The notes under the pieces: model-generated | The model's database searches: none | What the model was told of the DNA's origin: nothing | The model's input: only the letters and a program-made list of their open reading frames with translations | NCBI GenBank assembly: GCA_028534125.1 | Contig: CM052841.1 | Span: forward strand, 24,428,001 to 24,492,000 | DNA: 64,000 bases | Direction: 5' to 3' | Source: Lama glama | Taxonomy: Eukaryota | Made by a program: the position numbers and the translations under genes | Part shown: one piece after another, positions 14,071-27,339 of the stretch | How positions within the stretch are numbered: the first letter of the stretch is position 1 | How the letters are laid out: every line of letters begins with the position of its first letter

Positions 14071-15319
14071 GCTGGGCTCATCATGAGTTTGGCCACCAAA
14101 TTTGACTTCTAATCCCATTTCTTCTCGTAAAAGGTCATTTAACCTCACTACCTTGCCTGTAAACTGGAGGAATGAGGATTCTCTGAGCTAACATTTGCAA
14201 AGACCCAAATGTAAGGTTATCATTACATGAGAGGGCAGAGTTCATCCCTCATGAGAAGAATAAAGTGGGCAGAGGACCCTCTTGCTGCAGAATCCAGCTC
14301 TGGGGCACCATCAGCAATGCCCAGGCACATGTGAAGATGGGTGCACTGTTACCGGGTATAGTGGTAATGTGATTTGAGGCATGAAAAGAACGTGGGCCCT
14401 CCAATCACAATGCTGACCGCAGTACCCACCACTAACTTCTCAAAAGGAGGTTCAGACATACTAGACTTCATTCCTACCCAGACTGTTTTTAACTTTGCCC
14501 AAAACTGCTCAAGTTGGGAATACTGGGATTATCTGTTTCTTTCATTTTTATGAAAATTGTCTCAATGACCAGAGCTGATTACTTTCTACAGATGCTCTCA
14601 TGCTTTTATCACAGTGTGTCAGACCAGAAAAGCTCAGAGACCCCCATGCTATCTCCTTTCTAAGGCTTGAGTTCTCTTTTAAATGTTAAAGATACAGCTA
14701 GTCTATTCTATCTTCAGTTTGAAATTCCTACAGATACAGAAAGCTTGTCACAAGGTTCTCCATCAATACAGGCAGCTGGACATAGGCCCACTGCAGGGAG
14801 CCACTTCTGGACCTTTGTGCTTAAGATGAAGTGGAATAAGGTGAGAGGAAGAAGGGGAAATGTTGAGCCCTTAGTCAAAGGTCTGAGCTTTCTAACCGGC
14901 TGATGTCCGTATCATTGGTCCTGAAAGGTGACCGCAACAAAAGAGAGCTAACTGCTATAGTCAGCCTGTTTAAGAAAGCCCAGTCTCTCTCTCCACGGCC
15001 AGTCTACTCTGGGTTGAGCACTGACACTGAATATTTATCACTGAGTCCTCTATGCGAGGTCATTTTAAACCCATCATTTGTTAGTTGATTGTTATTATCA
15101 CCTCTATTGTAACTCAATCTAAGTAATATCCATGTATGCGTTTGTTAGTATTTTATGCATACCCCATGGACCTGGAAATCAGTGGAAACCAAGCAGAGTC
15201 CCTCTTTTAATTGTAGGTGGTTTCCACTGGTCTCTTGTGGGTTTTCAGGGTTCTGTCCACAGGATTGCTTCATTTTCTCTTGGAACTCCCTGACTGCCAC
15301 CATCATCATAACATCAAGA

Positions 15320-15550
15320 TACACTGAGTATTTACCATGACTCATTAACACATATATACTTCACATGAATGACCTCACCCAATCCATACAATTCTATCAG
15401 GTTGCTATTGTCATTATTATTATTACCCCCATTTTACAGTTGGAGAGGGTGAATCAGAGAGAAGCTTCCTGACCACAAGTCACAAAACTAGAGAGGGCTG
15501 GAGCTGGAATTTATACCCATGTCTGTGTGACTCCAAGTCTTGAGCCCTCA
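15320..15550 (-). mobile_element. MIR SINE
   Basis: ATTACCCCCATTTTACAG...GTCACAAAACTAG...TGACTCCAAG. Confidence 0.7.
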
Positions 15551-16499
15551 AGAGCTCCACCAGATACATTCCTCTCTGACTAAGACCTGGGGGGAAAAAA
15601 AACCTACATTTCTACCAGTTCTGCTAAAATTCAGCCCAATGAATGGCTTTCTCAGGGGGCAGGTTACAGGCTATTTACCAAATTATAAAACATGAATTCA
15701 GTCTACAGTGAAGGACAGCTACCTGAATGTGGTGAGTCCAAGCGATTGTCTAAATTAATCAGTTTCAGAAAAAAACTGAGCTGCATTGTAAGGTACAGCA
15801 GTGGGTGTGAGGAAATGTGTCTCCCTTTTTATTCTCTTCTGTGTGCCTTTCTCTTTTAACATATTTACAAAAGTGACATCCGTTCCTTTCTTTGTTCAGT
15901 GTGAGTCCATAAATGGTAAGAAACCAAAGTAACACAACTAACCTTGTGATATCAGCTCTGCGTGTCATAATTTGTCAGTATTTAGGCAAAATCCTCGTGA
16001 GATACTTGGTATAATCTTATGATTCCATTTGCTTTGAAGCTGCACTCCTCGTTTGATCCAATATGGCAATTTAGTATAAAAACAGAACAATCTAGTCTCG
16101 CAAGTAAACTGCCACATCCACCTAGACCTACCTATCTCTTTATGCAGCTCTGAGAAAAGGTCTATTTCTTTTTGAGCCGTACCAGATCAGACTGTGGCAG
16201 TCAGTGTGGTGGACTGCCAATGGCTTTTCTGAGCATCTCCATAATGAACCCCTAGTGTATGAGTGTTGCCCACAAAGATTCCTCCCCAGTACAAAGGAAA
16301 GATTAGGTCTAGGGAAGGACTAAAATACTGTTTTCAGAAAAGCAGCAATTCCTCCAAAACTTGAATCTAAATGCATCCACCAGAATCCCTGGGGAGCTTT
16401 TCAAACATGGATTCTGGAGCCCCTTATGTCGATAGTTAAATTAGGTAGACTTTCTAATTTGTTAGGTCTGAGATTGGGCCTAGAAGTCTGTATATTATA

Positions 16500-17060
16500 A
16501 ATAATGGGCAGCATACATACAAAAAAATGTAAAAAATCGTGTGTGACTTGAAGAATTTTCGTATAGTAAACATTCCCAGTTAACTGAACATATCAAGAAA
16601 CAGAGCATATTGGCATACCAGAATCCTCTTCATGTTTTTTTCCCCAGATTCTGTCTCTCCCCCTCAAGGTTAGCCAATATATAGACTTTAAACAGTACAG
16701 ATTGGTTTTGCCTTTTTGTTTTTAACTGTTTTTCGAACTTCATATAAATGAAACTATACAATATAAACTTTCCTGTGTCTGGCTTTCTTTGCTCAATATT
16801 GTGATTGTGAAATTTATGTTGTCACTATATTTGTAGTTTGCTCATTCTCACTGCTGTTTTGCTGATGGATATTCAGATTCTTTCCAATTAAGGGTTGTTG
16901 CAAATTGTACTGCAATAAATTCTTGTACACATCTTTTGGTGCACATATGAATGCATTTCTGTTGGGTAAATATATAGGAATGAAATTGCTGGGTCAAAGA
17001 ACAGCTTTAGCAGATACTGCTGGACAGGTTTTCAATATGGTTTTATCAAATCTGAGTATT
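16500..17060 (-). mobile_element. L1ME-like 3' fragment flanked by MER5-like pieces (~16350-16500, ~17060-17110)
   Basis: TGTGTCTGGCTTTCTTTGCTCAATAT...GGAATGAAATTGCTGGGTCA. Confidence 0.65.
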
Positions 17061-17475
17061 TTAAACTATTTCCCAGTTGATTTGATGCCAGGTTAGGTAA
17101 CCACTGAACTAAAAGCCTGAGAATTTAAAGGCAGGCACTATGTCAGTATCTTTCTGCTGCTCTGAATGTACTGGACAATATCTTACACAAGGTAAGAGAT
17201 CAACAAATAGTTCTTGGATTGAGTTAAGTTTTCTATAAGTATTAATCTATAAGTAAGGAACAACAAAGCTCTCACTTTATTTTCTGGTCAGCTTTTCTTA
17301 CAGTTTTATACAATGGTATTTTAAATGAGGTGGTTAAAAAGGAGCCATCATCCCATCCAAGTCAGTCATCTGTGCTCACTTCACAGCGCCCACTCTACAA
17401 TAGGGTCAAATTCCCTCAGATCCATCCAGAAAAAAAGTCCTTAGGACTCATCCTGGCTTAGCTACAGACACACTC

Positions 17476-17647
17476 TGTTATGGATTGAATGTTTGTGTCC
17501 CCTTAAAAGGCATATGTTGAAGCCTTAATCCTCAGTGTGGCTCCATTTAGAGAAGGGGCCTCTAAGGAAATAATTAAAGTTAAATGAGGTCATAAAGGTA
17601 AAGCCCTGATCTGACAGGATTAGTGTCCTTCTAAGAAGAGATACCAG
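17476..17647 (+). mobile_element. MaLR LTR 5' half (MLT1A/MST-like)
   Basis: TGTTATGGATTGAATGTTTGTGTCCCC...CATATGTTGAAGCCTTAATCC...GATTAGTGTCCTT. Confidence 0.75.
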
Positions 17648-17763
17648 CGTCATTTTAAGTTAATCATATTTTCAAATCCCTATCTCCAAACAGTCACATT
17701 CTGAGGTACTGGGGGTTAGGAATTCCAACATATGAATTTGTGGATTCATAATTCTGCCTATAT
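17648..17763 (-). mobile_element. MaLR LTR 5' part (MLT1B/C-like), inverted relative to its neighbour
   Basis: Reverse complement reads ...AAATTCATATGTTGGAATTCCTAACCCCCAGTACCTCAGAATGTGACTGTTTGGAGATAGGG. Confidence 0.75.
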
Positions 17764-19934
17764 TAGGGTTGACTTCTGCACTTTGTCTACATAGTCTCCA
17801 ATTTTTATGATGGGCATATATTTCCTCTGTAATTTTTAAAAACAGAAAGGTAAGAAAAAAAAATTGACTGGAAGACAAATGTTAACAGCAAAATATTAAT
17901 AGGAAATATCTCTAAGGATTATAGGTGATCCTTATTTTTTTCCTTTCCATGTTTTTTAATGTTTTTCTCTTGTGCTCTTCAATGAGCATGTACTGCTTTT
18001 TAATTGGAAACAAAATAAATATTTATTTTTAATGAAATAAGTAAACTCAACAGCTGCCCCTTCAAAAGCCTGGAAATTAGATACACTCGGGGAAAGCATC
18101 TACCTTTGGAAGTGGCTAGTGATCTTTAATTATTCACAGTGACACTTCACTGATAAAAAGCTACTTAAAATACATGATCATTCAGAGATGGTATGTGATT
18201 CTTAGGTTATGAAAACTGACGTAATTTCCCTTAATTTTCCAGGTTACAGTAGTAAAGTGAATCTAGTCTTAAATTATTAGCCTTTTGAAGCAATTATTCA
18301 AATTAAGGTTTTTTCAAATGAGTATTACATTATGCTTATAGTATGGACTGCACACTTCTTAATTTATGAATATTCATTAAGTAATGAGTCTTAATCCCAA
18401 CAGCAATAATAATGTCATATATTAACAGACTGTTCTTTCCAAGAGATGTATATCATAGTTTTTAATTAAATAATCCCATTATGTTATGAAATCACCTGTG
18501 AAGAAATGTGTTAAGAATAAGAAAATAAATAGCTTGTGACTCCAGTACTTACCAGCTTTGCCTCAGGGTTTGGAGCTCAGACAGAAACACCCATGAGATC
18601 TGGCAAAATTTCCTCACAGCCCACGTAAGCGAACTACCCATCAGGTGATGGGCTTGTCAGTCTAGCTCTCAGGAGAGTTCCAGTCTGCATGGAGAGAAGC
18701 ACAGGATGCTCTGAGCAGAATTTCCTAACAAGGAAATTGCTGCACGTTCCCCATGTGGCTATTTGAAGGATGAAGCAATGACATCTTCTAAAGTGGCATC
18801 TTCTTCTTTTTCTTCTTTATTCCTTAGAAACTGCCTTTAGTGCTGGTAAGAGTGGATTTCCCAAAGACAGAAAGTAATCTAAAATGACAAATAACTGGAA
18901 TAAATTTTGAAATCTTTCTTTTTGTGGTCAGCAATCCTAACAGTTTTCTTCCTAGTGGGGAGCCACTCATAACTCCTGACTATTCCTTCATCCACTGGAA
19001 TGTAGCAGATTTGGAATTTCCCAACTGTCATTCTTGTCAGGAATCCATTTCTTCACCATGCCAAGTATTGTCAGCTACAGAAGTTTTCATTTAAATGAAG
19101 TTTAGTTTGCATGCTTCTTGAAGTGCCTTTAGAAGTGGGTAGGATACATGTTTCTTTTACATTTGTATCTATTTCATACATTGAGCAATAAGTCAAAACA
19201 AACACTTTGGAGAATGACTATGGATGAAAGATGATGGAGTGGATGGCTTCCAGTATTACATCACCGAGTGTGATGTTCCACAAACTCTTTGGCAATAGCA
19301 ATATTGTATTTACAAATATTTCCTTCCTATAAAATCTAAACTAAAAGTTGGCTTACATTAGCAATTATCTAAACATCTGTCTCTACATTCAGCTCTATTC
19401 CCACCATGCCAGTTAACCTTGCTTGTCTACCTGCTGGAAAAGATTGGGAGAGTAAGAAGAAATGGCCAATCAATTGCCAAGTGACTGAGAGCTACTGTTT
19501 ATGTTTGGATTCAGTTTTCCTTCATGTCCCAGGTGTGAAATCTATGCCATTTGTCTCCACAGAAAAGACGCAGGATCTTTGCCAAATTCTTTGGCAGGAT
19601 TGGGGAAGCGCCTTGTACTGCTGGATTAGCTGAGGTGTTTCCATGTGAGAAACTGAGCAGCACAGTTTAAACGAGAGGGACTGAAAGAAGTCAGAGGAAG
19701 GTAGGTGAAAGGAGGCTGCTGGGCAGTCTCAGGCTGGATGTAGGTTGCTCTTCCTTGTTTCACTCTGGCCAGCAGTGAAGTGCTGCCAGACACTGCTCAC
19801 TGACACTAGATAGTCCTTCATAGTTTATCAAGCAGTTGTACGAACAAAAGCTCATCTGGCTTTCTTAACACCCTACGTTGAAGAAATGGCGAGCATACAC
19901 ACTAAATACTATTTTGTATCATATTCCATGAAGT

Positions 19935-20170
19935 TTTCAGGCTTTGGAGTCAGATTACTGGGCTTTAAATATTAATTCAGTCACTTCTGGCTGGGTGACT
20001 TTAACTAAGGTAAACAACTTCCCTGTGCCTTCTTTTTTCACTCATGAAAGGGTGATAATAATGATACCCACCTCAAAGGATTAATGTGAGGATTAAATGA
20101 GATAACACAAGTCCTCAGGACATGGCCCAGCATATAGTAAGACCTGTATAGATGTTAGCTATTATTCGTA
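19935..20170 (+). mobile_element. MIR SINE, near full length
   Basis: GGCTTTGGAGTCAGA...GTGAGGATTAAATGAGATAA...GTTAGCTATTATT. Confidence 0.8.
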
Positions 20171-20339
20171 ATTAGCATTTGCTTATAAGGCTTCTGTCTT
20201 TGGTATCATGCCTAGAAGTTTCTTTCCTGCCCTAAGATGATATATTCATTCATATTTCCTTTCATGATCTTACGTTTTATATTTAAATCCTTTAAAATTT
20301 TATCAGAATGTTTTAAATTTCAAGTATTAGACACCAGAA

Positions 20340-20677
20340 TAAAATTTAATATTTCATTGTGATAAGAATATTTAACATGAGCTCTACCCTCTCAAAATTT
20401 TAAGTTTATTATACAGTATTGTTAACTTAGGTACACTGTTGTACAGCAGATCTCTAGGATTTATTCATCTTGTTTAACGGAAACCTTATGCCCACTGATT
20501 AGCTACTGCCCATTTCCCCCTTACCCTAGCCCCTGATAAGCACCACTCTACTCTCTGAATCTATGAATTTGACTGTTTTAGATACCTCATAAGGATGGGA
20601 TCATGTAGGATCTGTCCTTCAGTGACTGGTGTATTTCACTTAGCATAATGCCTTCAAGGTTCCACGTTTTCAAGGCT
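20340..20677 (-). mobile_element. L1MA8-10-like 3' end inserted in an older L1
   Basis: TTGTACAGCAGATCTCTAG...ACTCTCTGAATCTATGAATTTGACT...TTTCACTTAGCATAATG. Confidence 0.75.
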
Positions 20678-21533
20678 TTATGTTTTACATTTAAATCCTG
20701 GAATTTATTTGTGCATATGGAATAAGGAAGGGATCTAACTCTACTTTTTCCAAATGGTTACAGGACATAATATTTGAAACAAAACCATGCAATACACAAT
20801 TCCTAGCAAGGGTAAAAATAAGAAAATTCTTTCATAATGAGAGCAGGTTATTTTTCTCTTTTTAAAAATAATTTGTATATAGGGTGCTTTCCTCCATAAG
20901 GCTATGAAATTATTGGATTTTCTTAGTTCTCCCTGGTTTCTATCACCCAAAATAATGAAACATTTATTTATCTTCTCATAATATTAGTGAAAGAAGAATA
21001 TTCTCAAAGGGAGTGGAAATAAAATGGTAAAAATAATGACATGTTGGTGGCACCAACTCCTGTCCATGGCTGGCAGGAAGGAGCTATAAAAAAACTTACA
21101 CTATTATTCAAATATCAGATCATTACGTTGTACAACTGAAACTAATATAATGTTACATGTCAATTATATATCAATTTTAAAATCTATACTTCTAGATATT
21201 TAAGGACAAAGCAACACGGGGGGAGGAGGAAGCATATTACAAGCAAATTGTATTTTATTTGTTTAAGCCTACTTTAAAAAAATTAGTATGACTTAGCAAA
21301 AATATACAAAATAGGAAATAAATTAGAAATAAACAAGAAAGATGAGGCAAAAGGAAAAATAAGAGTATGAACATAATTAAGAAGCAGGAATGAAGCTAAT
21401 TTAAAAGCACCACATTACTCTGTGCATTTGCTATGAATGGACCACAGATTTATCTCTGAGTTTTCAACTGTTAGGGCAGGATCAAACAATCTCAGTCACA
21501 AAACGCAAAGTATCTATAAGAAAAAAGCAAGGC

Positions 21534-21780
21534 TGGGGGTGGGGGTGGATAAATTAGGAGTTTGGGATTAACATATATACACTACTATATATAAAATAAA
21601 CAACAAGGACCTACTGTATAGCACAGGGAACTATATTCAATATCTTGTAATAACCTATAATGGAAAATAATCTAAAAAAGGATATATATGTATGTGTGTA
21701 TAAATGAATCACTTTGCTGTACACCTAACACAACCATTGTAATTAACTATACTTTAATTTTTAAAAAGTCTAAAAAGAGA
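21534..21780 (+). mobile_element. cetartiodactyl-type L1 3' end, 5'-truncated
   Basis: GATAAATTAGGAGTTTGGGATTAACA...CAACAAGGACCTACTGTATAGCACAGGGAACTATATTCAATATC...GAATCACTTTGCTGTACACCT. Degenerate TSD AGAAAAA(A)G(C/A)AAGGC. Confidence 0.85.
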
Positions 21781-21819
21781 GAAAAAGAAAGGCAATTTTT
21801 CAGAGCATATTACACAGAA

Positions 21820-22330
21820 GTGGATATCGATGGTTGTCTTCCTGGAATCCATTCTGCCCTTCATCTTTTCTAACAGTAACTCAATTTTGCTCAGGTATCT
21901 ACACTTCCTCATGCAGAATTTGTGATCCCAGAGGTGAACTGAGTAATATAAGCCAACCAGTGACAGGTTCAGGACTGAGTACATGATTGAGAATCAGCCA
22001 ATAAGACAAAAGGAAATGGTTGCTGAAGAACATCTGGGAAAGCTGGGGAAGTTTTTTCTTGGCTTTAAGAGAGACCAATGTCTCTTACCTGCTGAACGTG
22101 AAAAGAAGCTGCAGGTGCTACTGGCATCCATCTTGTAACCACGAGGTAAACCAGCCTGAGGAAAGACAAAACACATTAGATGAGATCAGCTAAACAATTG
22201 AAGTGGATTGGAAGTCCTGACCACACTGCATCTGAAGTCTACGCTACTACTAGACATCTACCCCGATGAGATTCACTGTTTACCACTTTGATTCTGGTGT
22301 CTAATACTTGAAATTTAAAACATACTGATA
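21820..22330 (+). mobile_element. old MaLR LTR (MLT1J/K-like)
   Basis: CATCCATCTTGTAACCACGAGG...ACTGATACA terminus. Confidence 0.55.
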
Positions 22331-22589
22331 CATACACCCTCAAGTGTATGAAAACATGCTCTTTTCCCTAATCAACTCAGATTAACATTGTATAACAACA
22401 CACCCTCTCCCATTCAACCATCTACACCACAAATATTTCTAGAGCATATATCATATGCCAGCCTACTGTGCTAAATTCTGGGAATATAATAATGAAATGG
22501 TGATGCAATAAGTGCTATGAGAGAGTGCTTCCTACCAGGGACAGGAAGGGGATCTACCATATTCTGGGAGCAAGAGGCATCCCAAGGAA

Positions 22590-23450
22590 ATTCCGTTTTC
22601 ACTATTGACTAGTTTTTATCTATTCTAAAATTTTATTAAAAATGAAAAGAGTACTCTCTGTGACCGACTTCCTTCACTCAGCATAATGTTCTTGAGGGTC
22701 ATTCATGTTGGTACATGAAAGTGGTTCATTACTTTTTGTTGCTGAGTGGTACTCTACTGTATGAATATCACTATTTTCTATTTATTCTCCCTGTTTATTG
22801 TACCTCTTATTCTCCATTTCTGCCCTCCTCTACTGGCTTCTTACATATATCTCTTTGCATCATTTCCTGTGTGATTGCTCTAGGAATTAAATACACACCC
22901 CAAACTTCTCTAAACGCTCTTTAGATTTAATATTATATTACTTTATATAAAATGTATGAATCTTATAACTCTGTATGTCCATTTACCTCCCCTTACCTTA
23001 ATGTTACAGTTGTCACATGTATTTGTCTAGGTTGATATTTGGGTTTTTTCTTTCAACACTTTAAAGGTATCATTAGCCTCCCAGGTTTCTGATGATGTGT
23101 CCACAGTCATTTGAATCTTTGTTTCCCCAATGTATCATTTGTCATTTTCCTTTTAATGTTTTCAATATTTTCTCTCTCTCTCTCTTTTTTTTGTGGGGGC
23201 GGTGGGTTCAAACTTTCACTATGATGTGCTGAGGCATAATTTTCTTAGTATTTATCCTGATTGGAGTTTTTCTTGCATTTCTAGATATAGTTTTTTAGTA
23301 AATTTGTGAATATTTTTGCCATTTATTTCATTAAATAAATGTTAGGCCCCATTTTCTCTTTACTCTCCTTCTGGAACTTTAATTATGTGTATGTTAGACC
23401 TCTGGATATTGTTCCACAGATATCAATGATTAAGTTCATTTTAAAAGATA
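22590..23450 (-). mobile_element. degenerate L1M fragments
   Basis: T-rich, with CCTTCACTCAGCATAATGTT and TTTCACTATGATGTGC motifs. Confidence 0.6.
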
Positions 23451-23454
23451 TTTT

Positions 23455-23940
23455 CATCTCTAGTTTATTGTAAAGAATATTATAAAGCATACAAATGGAC
23501 AGATGAAGAGGTACATAGGCCAAGACCCAGAAGGGTCCCTGGTACAGGAGCTTCTGTACCCAGGGAGTTGGGGCGTGCCAACCTCCTGACACACAGATGT
23601 GCTCACCGACCTCGATACTCTCCAAATTCCACACTTGAGGGGTTTTTTGGAGGTTTCAGTAAGTAAGCATAATTGATGAAATCATCAGCCATTGGTGTTG
23701 AATTCAATCTCTAGGTGCTCTCCCCTCCTGGGAGGTCAGATGGAGTTAGGGGAAGCTGAAAGTTCCAATCCTCTAATCATGCCTTGGTCATTCTGGCAAC
23801 AAATCCCCAATCTGAAGCTATCTAGGGGCGTCCAGCTATCATTTATCACATTAGCATACAAAAAGACAGTAATCCCTCTGGAGAAGTTCTTGTGCCAGGA
23901 ACCAGGGACAAAGACCAAATAAATATTTACTATATCACAA
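23455..23940 (-). mobile_element. MER21-like LTR
   Basis: CAGATGAAGAGGTACATAGG...GGAGCTTCTGT...GCTGAAAGTTCCAATCCTCTAATCATGCCTTGGTC...GTGCCAGGAACCAGGGACAAAGACCAAAT. Confidence 0.8.
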
Positions 23941-24210
23941 TATGACAACCATGTTCATGGATTAGAAAACACCATATCATTAAGGCATCAGTTCTCCCCA
24001 AACTGGTCAACAAGTCAATCACTATCAAAATCCTACCAGTCTTATTTTTGTAGAAATTGACAATCTAATTTTTAAATTTATACGCAAATCAAAAAATTCT
24101 AGAACAGAATAGCCAAGATAATCTTGAAGGAAAAAAAAGTAAAACAAAATTGGAGGACATCAATCACTGAATTTCAAAACTTACCATAAAGCCACAGAAA
24201 CAAAGACCAC
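23941..24210 (+). mobile_element. L1 ORF2 fragment
   Basis: CAGTTCTCCCCAAACTG...GAAATTGACAA...AGAATAGCCAAGATAATCTTGAA. Confidence 0.75.
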
Positions 24211-24519
24211 CTGCTGATTTTGCTTACATGCAACTGAGACCTATATTTCTGTTCCTTATATAGCAAGGAGTCTTATACAATGAAAGGACATCGTACAGAT
24301 CTCCTAAGTTAAGTCAAAGCCTTCCCAAAGATATAAATTGACTAAATACACCTTAATGTCATCATTTGGTAATGCTGTCCATAGTAGAGAATACAGCCAA
24401 AACCATAAGAAAGTTTTTAATCTCAGAAGAAAATCAGTGGCCTACTATAAATTGATTTTCAATTCTGTTTACCTTAGTCCAATATTTCACAAAGTGCATT
24501 ACTTGATAATCGTGCTTCA

Positions 24520-24590
24520 CGGGGAGGAAGGAAGGAGGGGAGGGAGGGAGGAAAGAAGAAATAAAGGGAAGGAAAGAGGAAGAATAGAAG
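24520..24590. repeat. purine-rich (GGAA/GGGA)n low-complexity tract
   Basis: ggggaggaaggaaggaggggagggagggaggaaagaag. Confidence 0.8.
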
Positions 24591-27339
24591 GTAATTCTTC
24601 TTTTTTTTCCAGGGGGAGAGGGAAGATAATTCTCAAATAAATTCAAATAAATTTGACGAATGCATAGTTCAAGAAACTTTGATTTCATTTGTCTCAGGAC
24701 TTCCCAGAAACTTTAATATGCTAATATGCACTATAAGTCTCCAAGATGGCAGAGAGTGTAATTTTGTCTTTGAAACCCTTTCTAAAATTAACTAGTGTTC
24801 AGCGGAACAACATACTTTGAGAAATGCTTTCTCAGGCTAATGGGAAAAAAAGGCCATAAATATAAATGTATTATTTTTCTGACTCAAGAGTGATGAGCTA
24901 GTCTAGTCTTGAAGCTTATTAAGGGAACCCTTATTTTTTAAGGGATATGAACCATCTACTTTTTAACAAAAAAAACCACAGGACTGAGAGGAAATGTGCT
25001 CTCTTCTAACCAGCTGTGTGACTTTGGGCAAGTGTCAGGTTAATCCTTTCTAATCCAATGTGTTTCCTATAGCTGTAAAAGCAGAAATCCCCTGGTCACA
25101 GGGTTCTTTGTGGTGGCCGAATATAAACGTATCCAAATAACAAAGAATTAAAGAGAACACAAGTGTTAGGATGGGAATCCCCAGACTGCCCAGTCAGAAA
25201 TTCCCTCCAATTGTCCTGGTTCTTGCCCTTTGACTACTGACCACAGCTTGATGTTGGGCTTGGTACCAGTGTCCCCACAGGTAGAGTGAGGTCAAGGTGC
25301 ACATTGCTGGGACAAAGGCATCAGAGGTGCCAAGGAAGCTGGGATCTACTTTGTCAGCTTTCCACCCAAGGCTGCGTTCACTCATGCCCCCTCCTCAACC
25401 AGGCCTATGGGAACAGTTGTGGAGAAAAGAGGCAGGGAAGGATCTTTAAAGAACGTAAAGTTATAAAAATCCAGAATGATACAGATTAGCCCTAAGGGGA
25501 GAATCTGAAAAAAAGACTGAGGAGTTTGTGAGAATACATGCTCCAAAATATCTTTCACCATATTTTTTTTTTCATTTTATCTTGTTAAAGTGAATTCCAC
25601 TAATTAGAGACTGACTTATTGTAAGCTGATTTTAGAAAATTGGAAGTATCTCTAGGAGGGTTAAAGAACTATCAAACATCCATCTGGAGTGTGAATTTTC
25701 TCAATCAGGTCATTTTTCTCTTAATATTTGAAATCACTTGCACTCAGGGAATAAGATTGTGATTGACAGTGTGAAGAATAAGAGGTTCCTGGGTTGGGGA
25801 GGAGGCTGCTGCACTTAGGGGAGGGCCTGATAGGGAACAGGTGCAGAGGAGTGACAGAGAAGGGCAAAAGTGGAAGTGTGAAAAAGGATGACATTTATGA
25901 CAAATGATCCAATTCCAAATGCCTCCTAAGTCCTATCCTTCTTCCATTTCTTCTTCCTCCTTCATTGTATGCAATCCTGCTCAAAGGGAACCAGAAAAGC
26001 TGGGACTTGAGTTAAGCAATATCATGGGTGAACTTGGTTTTTATAAGCTAGTCTGATAAGCTAAAAACCACCTATCACCTATACGTTTGTGATAGCCAAA
26101 CGTATTCCAAATTCCAAAGGACCTCCTTACAAGAGAAACTGGTGTATAACCTGTTCATGAGATGAAAGTTTCCAATAATATCCAGTCAATAAATAATTAC
26201 TAGGTACCTACTATGTGCAGGCACTGCTAGGTGTTGAAGTTACAATGGAGAATGAGAGGTGTCACCTCTGTTTTCACAAAGCTTAATGATCATGTTTATA
26301 TTTCAAAGGTCACTCAAGTGCAGAAAGTGGGCTCGAGGGAAACAGGACTGGAGCCAGAAGACAGCTAGGAAGCAGTTTCAGAAATGCAAAGAAAGACTCA
26401 GTACATAATCTTCATTGAACATTTCTGAGTAGAAGGGCATTAGCAAGACTGTAGTCTTTTCTACCTTTGGCAGAACGTGCACTTTGATTAGTGGAATAAT
26501 GGGCCTTTTTTGCCTCTTTGTAGGTTTATCATGAGTAACTGGCTTGGTTTTAATACCCTATGCCAACACCTGTCAGTCTTTGGTTGCTTCCTCTACAAAA
26601 GGAATGGCCACAGTAAGCCCTCAAGCACAACAAGCAGGTGCTGGCAGTTGAAAGTTCCATCCTGCACTGAAGTGATAAGAGTAAGAGGGTATGGTTAAGG
26701 CAAGCACATCTGGTACCCTCTACTGGGGCAGGCAGTGACTTTCAGATCACCTTACAGGTTATGGAAAGACCACAGAATCAGAAACCCTGTCTTAGCTCTA
26801 TACACTTAGACACATCCTCAGCCATTTCTAACCATCTACCTGAGTGTTCCACATGCTCTGGTGACCCACATTTTGAGTCCTCTGCATTGTGTCTGGCAAA
26901 TATTAACGTTGGTTGAAAGGGTGGACATACAGTTTGTTTACAGAACAAGCATGTGCTCATGTTCTCCATTATATCTGACTTCACTTCTCAGGGTTAATTT
27001 TTCTCCTGTTAGTACTTGTCCTTCTGTGCTTAAGAAGTCTGGCTTCTTTTACTACATTATCATTTAGCCATCCTTCCTCTAGGTTCTAACACTCCAGTGT
27101 ATCATGGATAATTTGATTCAATTTAAAAGGTATTCCTGAGCACCTACTGTATGTAAAGCTCTGCCCTGAGTGCTGTGGGGGCCACAAAGATTATGAGGAG
27201 AAGCAGTGGCCCCTCCTTTATAGAGTATTTCTTTTGACCTCTCTGGCACCACTAAAATTTTCTTTAATCCTCTATTATTAACTCCCTAGTTCTCTTCCTC
27301 TCAAGCTCGTCATTGCCTCTGAAACAGAAACTTCTAGGC

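Noticed and set aside
181-24710. Scattered STAT/GAS motifs (TTCCCAGAA at ~182 and ~24701) suggesting JAK2 feedback
   Set aside because: Isolated short motifs inside old repeats, at about background frequency.
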